From positions 15,719 through 79,718 of the forward strand of contig JBIIDT010000002.1 of assembly GCA_044238145.1 (NCBI GenBank): 64,000 bases of DNA, given 5' to 3'. Each line of letters opens with the position of its first letter. The stretch's first letter is position 1. Made by a program: the position numbers and the translations under genes. The DNA comes from Pirellulales bacterium. Lineage in GTDB: Bacteria > Planctomycetota > Planctomycetia > Pirellulales > UBA1268. The notes below the pieces were generated by a model. It saw only the letters and a list, made by a program, of their open reading frames with translations, was not told the origin of the DNA and did no database searches. Shown here one piece after another: positions 1 through 7,748 of the stretch.

Positions 1-14
1 GAGCATTTTGCGCC

Positions 15-470
15 ATGGCATCGATCGACCGGGCCGACCCCGTGATCATGGGTCACATCCTCGCCCAGCACCGGGAGCTGCACTGCCAGCTGATGGCCGT
101 GAAGGCCTGCCTCGCGGACCCCGGCCCCTGGGACGCGGCGCGGGCCGCTGCGGCCCGCCACGCCCTCGCCGTCCTTCGCGACCACCTTCGCTGCCACTTC
201 GCCCAGGAGGAGGCGGGGGGCTTTTTGGAGGAATCGATCACGCGGGTGCCACGGCTGGCGGCGGCGGCCCTGCGGGTGATGGCCGAGCATCCGGCGCTCC
301 TCGCGGAACTCGACGCCTTGATGGAAACCCTGGACGCCCCCGATAGTGCGGCGGCGCGGGACCGGGTCGCGGCGGGCTGCGAGCGGTTCATGCAGCACAT
401 GCACGAGCACGAAAGGAACGAAAATGCCATCGTCCAGGAAGGCTACAACGAGGACCTGGGGCTCGACTGA
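15..470 (+). CDS. Hemerythrin-like (HHE cation-binding) domain protein
   Basis: His/Glu pattern HxxxH...HxxxHFxxEE...EH...HxxxHExxE (QHRELH, HLRCHFAQEE, EHPALL, HMHEHERNEN) in 151 aa. Confidence 0.8.
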   Translation: MASIDRADPVIMGHILAQHRELHCQLMAVKACLADPGPWDAARAAAARHALAVLRDHLRCHFAQEEAGGFLEESITRVPRLAAAALRVMAEHPALLAELDALMETLDAPDSAAARDRVAAGCERFMQHMHEHERNENAIVQEGYNEDLGLD

Positions 471-879
471 CGGCCGCTGGCTGGGGATCGGCGGCGGACT
501 GGCCGGCGTGGCGGTGCTCGTCGCGATCGCGGCGGCGCCGGCGGCCGAGGGGCCCGCCGAGCCCGACCGGGTCGCGGCCTTCATGCGGGCCAAGCTCGGC
601 CACTCGCAGAACGTGCTCGAGGGCCTGGCCGTCGAGGACTACGACCTCATCGAAAAAGGCGCGCAGGACCTGGCCCTCGCCAGCCAGGCCTCGAGCTGGC
701 AGGTGCTCCAGACCGAGGACTACGCCCGGCACAGCGACGAGTTCCGGCGGTCCTGCAACGCGCTGCGGGGGGCAGCCAAGGCCCGCAACCTCGACGGCGC
801 GGCGCTGGCCTGGATGGAGGTGACGATGAAGTGCATCCAGTGCCACAAGTACGTCCGCGACGCGGCCCGCGGGCGCTGA
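424..879 (+). CDS. Exported class II (cytochrome c'-like) c-type cytochrome
   Basis: Hydrophobic signal segment, helical body, C-terminal CIQCH heme motif. Start placed at ATG 424 (AGGA upstream, overlaps previous gene); start uncertain. Confidence 0.7.
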   Translation: MPSSRKATTRTWGSTDGRWLGIGGGLAGVAVLVAIAAAPAAEGPAEPDRVAAFMRAKLGHSQNVLEGLAVEDYDLIEKGAQDLALASQASSWQVLQTEDYARHSDEFRRSCNALRGAAKARNLDGAALAWMEVTMKCIQCHKYVRDAARGR

Positions 880-885
880 TCCCGC

Positions 886-1647
886 TCAGCCGCCGGCGAG
901 GAACGCGTCGGCTTCGAATGGCGGCGGCGTGAACGTGACGTCGACCGGCTGCACCTTCTCGATCCGTTCGACGTCGATGAGGAGCGGCGGGTCGGCGCCG
1001 TTCGGTGCCACCTCGCAGCCGAGCAGCTGCACCTGTGGCGGCCGGATCACCAGCCGCAGCGGCTGCAGCCGGCGGCGCTGCACGCGGCCGTCGTCGCCCC
1101 GCTCCTCGACGTCGATCTCGCGGCAGTCGGTGATCGCGGTGCTGAGCGTGGAGAGCAGGCGGGGGCGGCCGGCGAACTTGGCCGGATCGACCGGCTGGAC
1201 GTGGAACACCTGCCGAGCCTTCTCGAGCCGCTCAAGGAGCCCTGCCGGCAGACTGCGTTCGAGCTTGTGCCGCAGCGCCTCGATGCCCGACCAGAGGATC
1301 GTGCCCTCGAACGTCCGCAGCAGGTCCCGCCCCACCATGAAGGCCGTCAGTTCCAGAAGCGTGATCGGCTCGGCCGGGATCTGCCGGCCCGACGCGGCGG
1401 GCTTGGTCATCTGCCAGCCGTACCGCCGGTTGCCGGTCAGCGGCACGTGGTCGACGGCATAGCCGCAGGAGACGAGGAAGTCGCAGTCGCGGTGCAGCGT
1501 CCGGGCCGAGAGCCGCGACAGCCCCAGCCGCTCCTTGAGCTGGCTGATCAGCGAGTCGTCGTCGAGCGGCTGCCGGGCGTTGGAGAGGATCTCAAGGAGG
1601 GCGAAGATGCGGAGAAATTGCTCGTGGCGGGCGAAGTTGCGGGGCAT
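886..1647 (-). CDS. HTH + WYL-like transcriptional regulator (degenerate, lacks WCX)
   Basis: N-terminal wHTH (LSARTLHRDCDFLVSCGY), mid-region typical of PafB/C-YafY proteins, C-terminal RRRLQPLRL...DVERIEKV WYL-like strands. Confidence 0.7.
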   Translation of the reverse strand: MPRNFARHEQFLRIFALLEILSNARQPLDDDSLISQLKERLGLSRLSARTLHRDCDFLVSCGYAVDHVPLTGNRRYGWQMTKPAASGRQIPAEPITLLELTAFMVGRDLLRTFEGTILWSGIEALRHKLERSLPAGLLERLEKARQVFHVQPVDPAKFAGRPRLLSTLSTAITDCREIDVEERGDDGRVQRRRLQPLRLVIRPPQVQLLGCEVAPNGADPPLLIDVERIEKVQPVDVTFTPPPFEADAFLAGG

Positions 1648-1902
1648 GGTGTCGGAATCAAGGGTGCGAACGAAACGCTCATCCCGGAGCACGCGGCGAT
1701 CGCCGGGCAGTCCCCCTGAACCCCTGCTCCGACGCTGGTCCACCTCTCCAGTGACACCGGAGACAATGACGCCCCGGTCGGCACCGTTGGTCACCAACCG
1801 AGAGGGGCCGCGGGTGGGGGTGTGGCCCCCTATAACCGTCGCGTGAAATAATAGCAGCGGCCCGGATCAAGAGAAATCCAGGTCCATCACGTCTGCGTGA
1901 AA

Positions 1903-2352
1903 TTACGCCACGTTGCGGCCGGTATCGCGCACCTCGGGGGCGGCCGCGAAATGCCAGGCCTCGGCTGCTTCCACGACCCGATCCAACATCGAGAGCAGTT
2001 GGAGCCGGGTGAGCGTGCCGTCCTCGACGGGGGCTTCCGCCACCAGTCGTAGATCCTCGCGGTCGGCATCGAACTCGACGCCGACGAGCGGCATGGCGGC
2101 GGCGAGTCGGCAAAACCGCTCGCAGGCCGCGGCCGGATCGTCACCGATCGGGAAGGCCCGTTCGATCGAAACCCGGCACCGATAGCCCTCGTCAGGGGTC
2201 TCGATCCGCACGATCGCCAGCCGCTCCCCGCGCAGGTTGCGGTAGTGCCGCGTCAGGAACGCGACCCGGATCGCCTGCTGCTCGACATCGACGTGGTGGC
2301 GGACGCCCTCGGCCGACAGCGCCTGCGCGCACTCCGACAGGCTCGTCGGCAT
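1903..2352 (-). CDS. YbjN / type III chaperone-fold-like protein
   Basis: 149 aa alpha-beta pattern ending EFDADREDLRLVAEAPVEDGTLTRLQL resembles YbjN-family proteins; AGGAG RBS upstream. Confidence 0.55.
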   Translation of the reverse strand: MPTSLSECAQALSAEGVRHHVDVEQQAIRVAFLTRHYRNLRGERLAIVRIETPDEGYRCRVSIERAFPIGDDPAAACERFCRLAAAMPLVGVEFDADREDLRLVAEAPVEDGTLTRLQLLSMLDRVVEAAEAWHFAAAPEVRDTGRNVA

Positions 2353-2557
2353 GACGCACTCCTTTGCACGGGATTGCCCTGCGGGCCGGGCCTCGTGCCC
2401 GACCCCCTCCACAGAACTATGCGCCGTCGAGGGGGCCGGGCTTGCGCAAAAAAAGAAATTGCCTGCCCTTTGGAGGGGCGACCAACCGTGCCAGCAGGGA
2501 TGGTAAGGATTCGCAGGCGAAAGTCGTGGTTTCACGACATCGCCCCGGGGGTGCGAC

Positions 2558-3196
2558 ATGGGCGAAGATCCGCAGCCGCAAGCCGCGCGCGATTGCTGTG
2601 CCGTCGACGGGCTTGGCCAGTTGCTCGACGGGTGGCAGGCATCGGGCGACCCGGCGCAACTCGAGGCGGTCGTCGCGGCCGTGCGGCACGTGGTCGAGGC
2701 GGTCGCGGGTCGGACGCTCGCGCAATGCCACGTGGCCGACCGGTCGGCCGTCGACGACGTCGTCTCGCTCGTCCTCGACCACCTCCGCCGGCTGCCTCGC
2801 GGCGGCGCACATCCCGTCACGGCCTTCCGCGGCGCCGATGCGGACGTCGGGCGGGGGCTGGCCTACATCCGGCTCCTCGCCCGCAACCGCGCCCGCGACG
2901 TCGTCCGGTCCCGCCATCGCCACGAGCGGCACGCCCGGGTGTTTTCCCTGCTCGACGAGGACGGCCGCCGGGCCGTGTCGGGCGGCGGGGCGGCCGGCGA
3001 GGCGGCGGCCGCGCTGCACGACCGGCTCCTGGAGGCGACCGGCCGACTGGAGCCGCCGCTGCGCCAGGTCGTCGAACTCCTGCTCGAGGGCAAGAGCCAG
3101 GTGGTGATCGCCCACATGCTCGACGTCTGCGAGGGCACGGTGTCACGGATGCGAAAGCGCGCGATCGACCGCCTGCGCGAACTCCTCAACGACTGA
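2558..3196 (+). CDS. ECF-type sigma-70 factor
   Basis: Region 2-like (DDVVSLV...YIRLLARNRARDVVR) and region 4 HTH (SQVVIAHMLDVCEGTVSRMRKRA). Confidence 0.75.
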   Translation: MGEDPQPQAARDCCAVDGLGQLLDGWQASGDPAQLEAVVAAVRHVVEAVAGRTLAQCHVADRSAVDDVVSLVLDHLRRLPRGGAHPVTAFRGADADVGRGLAYIRLLARNRARDVVRSRHRHERHARVFSLLDEDGRRAVSGGGAAGEAAAALHDRLLEATGRLEPPLRQVVELLLEGKSQVVIAHMLDVCEGTVSRMRKRAIDRLRELLND

Positions 3197-3241
3197 CCCC
3201 CCAACCCCCTGAGGCCGAAAGTCGATGAGCGTCGCCTCCGA

Positions 3242-3377
3242 TCGGGGCTGCCCGTGCCGTCGAGCCGGCGTTGCTGGCAAGCGCAGCCAGGATGGCGAAA
3301 GCGCAGCCAGCATCGAGAGAGCGGAGGGCAGGATGCCCGTAGCGAACGTCCGAGCGAGACGGCACGGGCAGCCCCGA
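3242..3377 (+). repeat. Structured dispersed repeat family 1, copy A (GGA-loop hairpins)
   Basis: Perfect 20-bp terminal inverted repeat (3242-3261/3358-3377); internal gccAGGATggc and gggcAGGATgccc hairpins; homologous to 29762-29900, 29928-30058 and 57980-58111. Confidence 0.9.
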
Positions 3378-3384
3378 CCCAGCC

Positions 3385-4227
3385 CTACGCGAACACGACC
3401 GTGCGCCGGCCGTGCACGAAGACCCGCTCCTCGAGCACCAGCCGCACGGCCCGGGCGAGCACCAGCTTCTCGACGTCGCGGCCCGCCTGCGCCATCCGTT
3501 CGGGCGTGAAGGTGTGGTCCACCGGGATCACGTCCTGAGCGACGATCGGGCCGTCGTCGAGTTCGGCGGTCACGAAGTGGGCCGTGGCGCCGATCAGCTT
3601 CACGCCGCGAGCGAAGGCCTGCCGGTAGGGGCTCGCCCCGGCGAAGGCCGGGAGGAACGAGTGGTGGATGTTGAGGATCCGCCCGGCGTACCGGGCGACG
3701 AACGGCTCGGAGAGCACCCGCATGTAGCGGGCGAGGACGACGTAGGCCGGGTCGTGGGCGTCGATCGCGCGGCCGAGCGCCGCCTCGTGGTCGGCGCGGC
3801 TCATGCCCTCGTGGGGCACGTGGTGGAAGGGAACGCCGAACCGCTCGACCAGGCCGCGGAGGACGTCGTGGTTGCCGACCACGGCCACGATTCGGCCGGG
3901 CAGCTCGCCGCAGGCGTCGAGGAGGAGCAGTTCGCCCAGGCAGTGCGGCTCACGGGTGGCGCAGACCACGATCGGCCGGCGGTCCGCTCGGGTCACCCGC
4001 ACCCGGGCACCGGCCGGCAGCACCGCCGCCAGGTCGGCCCGCAGCCCGTCGGCAGCCACGTCGCCCGCGACCTCGGCGCGGAAGAAGAAGTGCCGCCCCG
4101 CCCCGTCCACGAACTCGTGGTTGCTCTCGATGTTGAGCCGGTGCCCCTGGAGGACGCCCGTGATCCGGTGGATCAGGCCGACCTCGTCCGGGCAGTCGAC
4201 GAGCACGATCTCGCGGGCCGCGGTCAT
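3385..4227 (-). CDS. purU: Formyltetrahydrofolate deformylase
   Basis: N-terminal ACT (DCPDEVGLIHRIT), LARYMRVLS, NIHHSFLPAFAGASPY, GATAHFVTAELDDGPI; start overlaps upstream stop (ATGA). Confidence 0.95.
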   Translation of the reverse strand: MTAAREIVLVDCPDEVGLIHRITGVLQGHRLNIESNHEFVDGAGRHFFFRAEVAGDVAADGLRADLAAVLPAGARVRVTRADRRPIVVCATREPHCLGELLLLDACGELPGRIVAVVGNHDVLRGLVERFGVPFHHVPHEGMSRADHEAALGRAIDAHDPAYVVLARYMRVLSEPFVARYAGRILNIHHSFLPAFAGASPYRQAFARGVKLIGATAHFVTAELDDGPIVAQDVIPVDHTFTPERMAQAGRDVEKLVLARAVRLVLEERVFVHGRRTVVFA

Positions 4228-6680
4228 GCCGGGCCTCGCTCGGGCTGGTCTGCCATCCAGGCGAGGACGACGTCCTCGACGGCGATGTCCGTCTTGCGGG
4301 CGGGGATGTCGATCGCCTCGAGCGCGATCCGCTCCGGCGCCGCCTCGAGGCGGATCCGCTCGAGCTCCTGCTCGATCTCCTCTTCGAGCAGGAGCCGCTT
4401 CTCCTCGAGGGCCTGCAGGCTTTCCTCGGCGTGGGCGACGTCGGCCTGCTGCCGGGTCGCCCGGCTGGCCGACCGCATCGACGTGGCGGCCCGGCCGATC
4501 GTGGTGGCGCTGATCTTCTTGCGGCCGAACAGCGCGCCGACCACGGCCGTGCCGATCGAGACGTAGGTCTGCAGCGACTGGTTCTTGGCCTCGGCCTTCT
4601 CCTTCTCCACCTTCTGGCGGGCCCGCTCGATCCTGTCGGCGATTGCCGCGAGCTTCGTGGCGTGCTTCGCCCGCACCTCCTCGAGCTGCTCGTCCCGCCA
4701 CTCCTTCACGCGATGCGCGATCCGCGCTCGGAACTCCCCCTCGCTCTCCCCGGGCCGCGAGACGGCATCGACGGCGGGGGCCCGCCAGGCGGTGAGCTTC
4801 GAGGTGCGGCCGAGGTGGCTCTTCAGCGAGGCGGCGAGGCTGGCGTAGCCGCGCGGGCCGGAGAGCGCGGCTGGCAGGGGGGCGAACGACCCGGTCCGCG
4901 GGGCCGGCTCGACCGCCGGCGGGTCCGCGAACGTCTCGGCGGACTCCCAGGCCGACTCGCCGAGCGCCTCGCCGGCCGGGGCCATGCAGATCACCTCGCG
5001 GTCGACCTCGATCCGCGGGCTCGGCCGCGCGTAGCGGACGCGGGCCCGGCCGAGGATGGCGGGGCGGTAGAAGATGTCGGCCTCTGGGTCGACCGGCCCG
5101 CGGGGCGCGAGGAACACCTCGCGGACCCCGGGCGGCAGGATGGGCCGCGGCCCCTCGTCCCCCTTCCGGGCCGGCGGAAACGCGGTCGGCGGCTGCGCGG
5201 CGGCGGCCGCCGTCGGCTGGCCGGCCGTGAGCCGCCGGATCTCCTCGCGGAGCAGCGGGCCACGCAGGTAGGCCATCGTCCACCGCGTCTGGAACAGCGT
5301 CTCCTCCTCGCCGTGGACGCTGTGCATGAGGAACCGCCGCTGTTCGAGACCCGAGAGCAGCCGGTCGAGGCGGCCGCGATCGAAGGCACCGCCCGCCGCG
5401 GCCGCCGCCCCCTCGAGGCCGTCGAGCACGCGGGCCTTGTCCCGCGCGGTCTGCAGCCGGCCGAGGAACCACAGTCCGGCGTTCGACAGCCCCTTGTAGT
5501 CGAGGTCGACGGGATTCTGCGTGGCGAGAACCACGCCGAGCCCGTAGGCCCGGGCCTGCTTCATGAGCGTGAGGATCGGCGTCTTGCTCGGCGGGTTGGC
5601 GGTCGGCGGCACGTAGCCGAACACCTCGTCCATGAGGAACAACGCCTTGAGCGATGACGTGCCCCCCTGCGACCGCATCCACGAGACCGCCGCCCCGGCG
5701 AGGAGCGTGACGAACGCCATCCGCTGGGCATCGGCGAGGTGGGCGATGGAGACGACGGCCACCCGTGGCTTCCCCTCGGGCGTCCACAGCAGCCGGCCCA
5801 CGTCGAGTGGCTCGCCGTCGAGCCAGGCCTCGAAGCCCGGGGCCGCCGCCACCGTGTTCAGCCGGCTGGCGAGCTGGAAGCGCTCGCCTGCGGGGAAGAA
5901 GTTCTCGAGGTCGAGGAAGCCGACCCGCTCGATGGGTGGCGCGGGGATCGCCCGCACGAGCGTGCCGAAGTCGACCTTCTGCCCGCTCTTCCACAGGGCG
6001 TCGACGATCGTGGAGAGGAGCACGTGCTCCCGGCTCGTGCCCGGCTCGGCATCGATGCCGACGAGCGCCAGGATCCCGGAGACGAGCGACTCGATCCGCT
6101 CGCGGCGGGCCTCGGGATCGTCGAGGATCGCCGCGGGCGGCGCGTCGAGGCTGCCGAGCATCGCCAGCGGCCGGCCGGCCCGGCTGCCGGGCGTGAACAC
6201 GGCCATCTCCGCGGCGGCGTGCAGCCGGCGGATCCGCTCGCCCGACTGCCCGCTCGCGGCGAGTCCCGCGGCCCACTTCTGCGCCGTCTTCTCGGCGAGC
6301 GCCTCGAGCGTGGTGCCCTCCCGCTTGGCGGCGTCGGGCTCGATCCACGGGAGGAAGTCGGCGGGGGCGAGATCGGGAAACGCCAGCAGCACGTTGGCAA
6401 GGTCCCCCTTGGGGTCGATCACCAGCGTGGGGATGCCGTCGAGCGCCGCCTCCTCGATGAGGCCGATGAGGAGGCCGGTCTTGCCGCTGCCGGTCATGCC
6501 CACGCACACGGCGTGGGTCGTGAACCGCTTGGCGTCGACGAGCAGGGGCTCCGCCGTCGGGCCGCCCGAACGCTCGTCGACCTTCTGGCCGAGGTAGAAA
6601 ATGCCGAGCCCCTCGATCGCGGCCGGCACGCCGGCCGCCTCCGCCTTCTGTGAGACGACGCCCTTCCGCGACCTGGCCAT
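4224..6680 (-). CDS. HerA/FtsK-like (DUF87/DUF853-type) ATPase with coiled-coil C-terminus
   Basis: Walker A GMTGSGKT, IDPKGD, Walker B FLMDEVFG, LATQNP motif; 818 aa. Confidence 0.8.
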   Translation of the reverse strand: MARSRKGVVSQKAEAAGVPAAIEGLGIFYLGQKVDERSGGPTAEPLLVDAKRFTTHAVCVGMTGSGKTGLLIGLIEEAALDGIPTLVIDPKGDLANVLLAFPDLAPADFLPWIEPDAAKREGTTLEALAEKTAQKWAAGLAASGQSGERIRRLHAAAEMAVFTPGSRAGRPLAMLGSLDAPPAAILDDPEARRERIESLVSGILALVGIDAEPGTSREHVLLSTIVDALWKSGQKVDFGTLVRAIPAPPIERVGFLDLENFFPAGERFQLASRLNTVAAAPGFEAWLDGEPLDVGRLLWTPEGKPRVAVVSIAHLADAQRMAFVTLLAGAAVSWMRSQGGTSSLKALFLMDEVFGYVPPTANPPSKTPILTLMKQARAYGLGVVLATQNPVDLDYKGLSNAGLWFLGRLQTARDKARVLDGLEGAAAAAGGAFDRGRLDRLLSGLEQRRFLMHSVHGEEETLFQTRWTMAYLRGPLLREEIRRLTAGQPTAAAAAQPPTAFPPARKGDEGPRPILPPGVREVFLAPRGPVDPEADIFYRPAILGRARVRYARPSPRIEVDREVICMAPAGEALGESAWESAETFADPPAVEPAPRTGSFAPLPAALSGPRGYASLAASLKSHLGRTSKLTAWRAPAVDAVSRPGESEGEFRARIAHRVKEWRDEQLEEVRAKHATKLAAIADRIERARQKVEKEKAEAKNQSLQTYVSIGTAVVGALFGRKKISATTIGRAATSMRSASRATRQQADVAHAEESLQALEEKRLLLEEEIEQELERIRLEAAPERIALEAIDIPARKTDIAVEDVVLAWMADQPERGPA

Positions 6681-6853
6681 GGGAGCCTCCGGTGAACCGC
6701 CGCGGCAGCCGCGGCCCTACGATTCAACGGTCGCGGGCCGGTTCGTGCAACTGGGCGGACACGCCGCCGGCGGGCGGGGGCGGTTTCCCGCCCCCGCGCC
6801 ACCGACGGCCCGATGCGCCGAACGCCTTCGGCCACCGACTGGGATTCGGGCTG

Positions 6854-6980
6854 CCGGATTCACGGGCTCAGGGGCGGCGACGTCTCGTCGCTGATGGCCG
6901 CGGCGGCCATAGGCTCCTCGAGCGTTCGCCGACCCCCTCGCTTCCTGCATCTGGTTCGTGAAACATCATCGCTCAGCGCC
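6854..6980 (-). repeat. Structured dispersed repeat family 2, copy 1
   Basis: 6882-6938 matches the reverse complement of 53048-53104 at 55/57 nt; both differences are at the hairpin tip. Confidence 0.85.
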
Positions 6981-7353
6981 GCTTGCGGTCGCGGCAGACC
7001 GGGGGGGTGGCGAGCGTGAGCACGATCACCTCCTCGCCGGTCAGGGGGCTGATGTCATGGTGGATCGTCACCGGGGCCGCCCCGGCCGCGTCGCGGACGA
7101 GCGCTTCGAGCATCGACCGGCCCGCGAACACGAGTTGGCTGCGGAGCTGGCGGAGCAGTTCGGCGCCACGGCCGTCGGCCCGGCCGTCGACCAGCCGCTG
7201 TTCGGCCGCCGAGAGCACGCCCTGGAGGTGGACGAACAGGCGATTGCCGACGAGGTGGGCATGGACGCGGTGCGGGCCGCGGCCCATGTACTCCTGCTGG
7301 AACCGCGACACGGCGTCGCAGATCGCCGCCTCGATCTCGCCCTGCGACTTCAT
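6973..7353 (-). CDS. DUF2294 / MpsC-family protein
   Basis: MKSQGEIEAAICDAVSRFQQEYMGRGP...HHDISPLTGEEVIVLTL signature. Confidence 0.85.
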   Translation of the reverse strand: MKSQGEIEAAICDAVSRFQQEYMGRGPHRVHAHLVGNRLFVHLQGVLSAAEQRLVDGRADGRGAELLRQLRSQLVFAGRSMLEALVRDAAGAAPVTIHHDISPLTGEEVIVLTLATPPVCRDRKRR

Positions 7354-7379
7354 CGCCACTCCCGTTGGGGCCCGGAGAC

Positions 7380-7417
7380 GGTGCCGGCGGGAGCTTCCGT
7401 GCTGCCCCGCCGGCACC
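7380..7417 (-). promoter_or_regulatory. Leader hairpin with ACGGAA loop (candidate CsrA site)
   Basis: Minus strand ggtgccggcggggc-agc-ACGGAA-gct-cccgccggcacc, about 27 nt upstream of the DUF2294 start. Confidence 0.4.
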
Positions 7418-7748
7418 GAACCCGCCGGACACGCGTCGCACCCCCTCGCCGGTGGGGTGCGTGTGAGTGGTTTCGGCAGCGGCCGGCCGCGGCCGTGAGC
7501 GGGCCGACCGATTGCGGCTTGGGAGAACTGGGGCGACTGGGCAGCCCCGGCGGTGATCCGCGCAGGTGTCCGCGGGGGTCTTGGCCGAGGAATTGGCCTG
7601 TTTCATAGGGGTGGCTGAGCCCGGCGGGACCACCGCCCGGGAGCGGCCCAAGATGCCGCCGAGGGCCCTGCCCCCCGGGGGGGCGCTCGAGGAAAAAGAC
7701 TTTCCTCCGCAGGCACTGACGCCGGCACGCCGGCAAGGACGCATCGCC

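Noticed and set aside
3385-6507. 1040-aa ORF suggesting a giant PurU fusion
   Set aside because: The N-terminal ~760 aa are an Arg-rich alternate frame of the ATPase; real PurU starts at 4227.
7530-7548. GGGGCGACTGGGCAGCCCC resembling the 3' arm of repeat family 1
   Set aside because: No internal conserved blocks or GGA hairpins nearby; could be chance in GC-rich DNA or a remnant.
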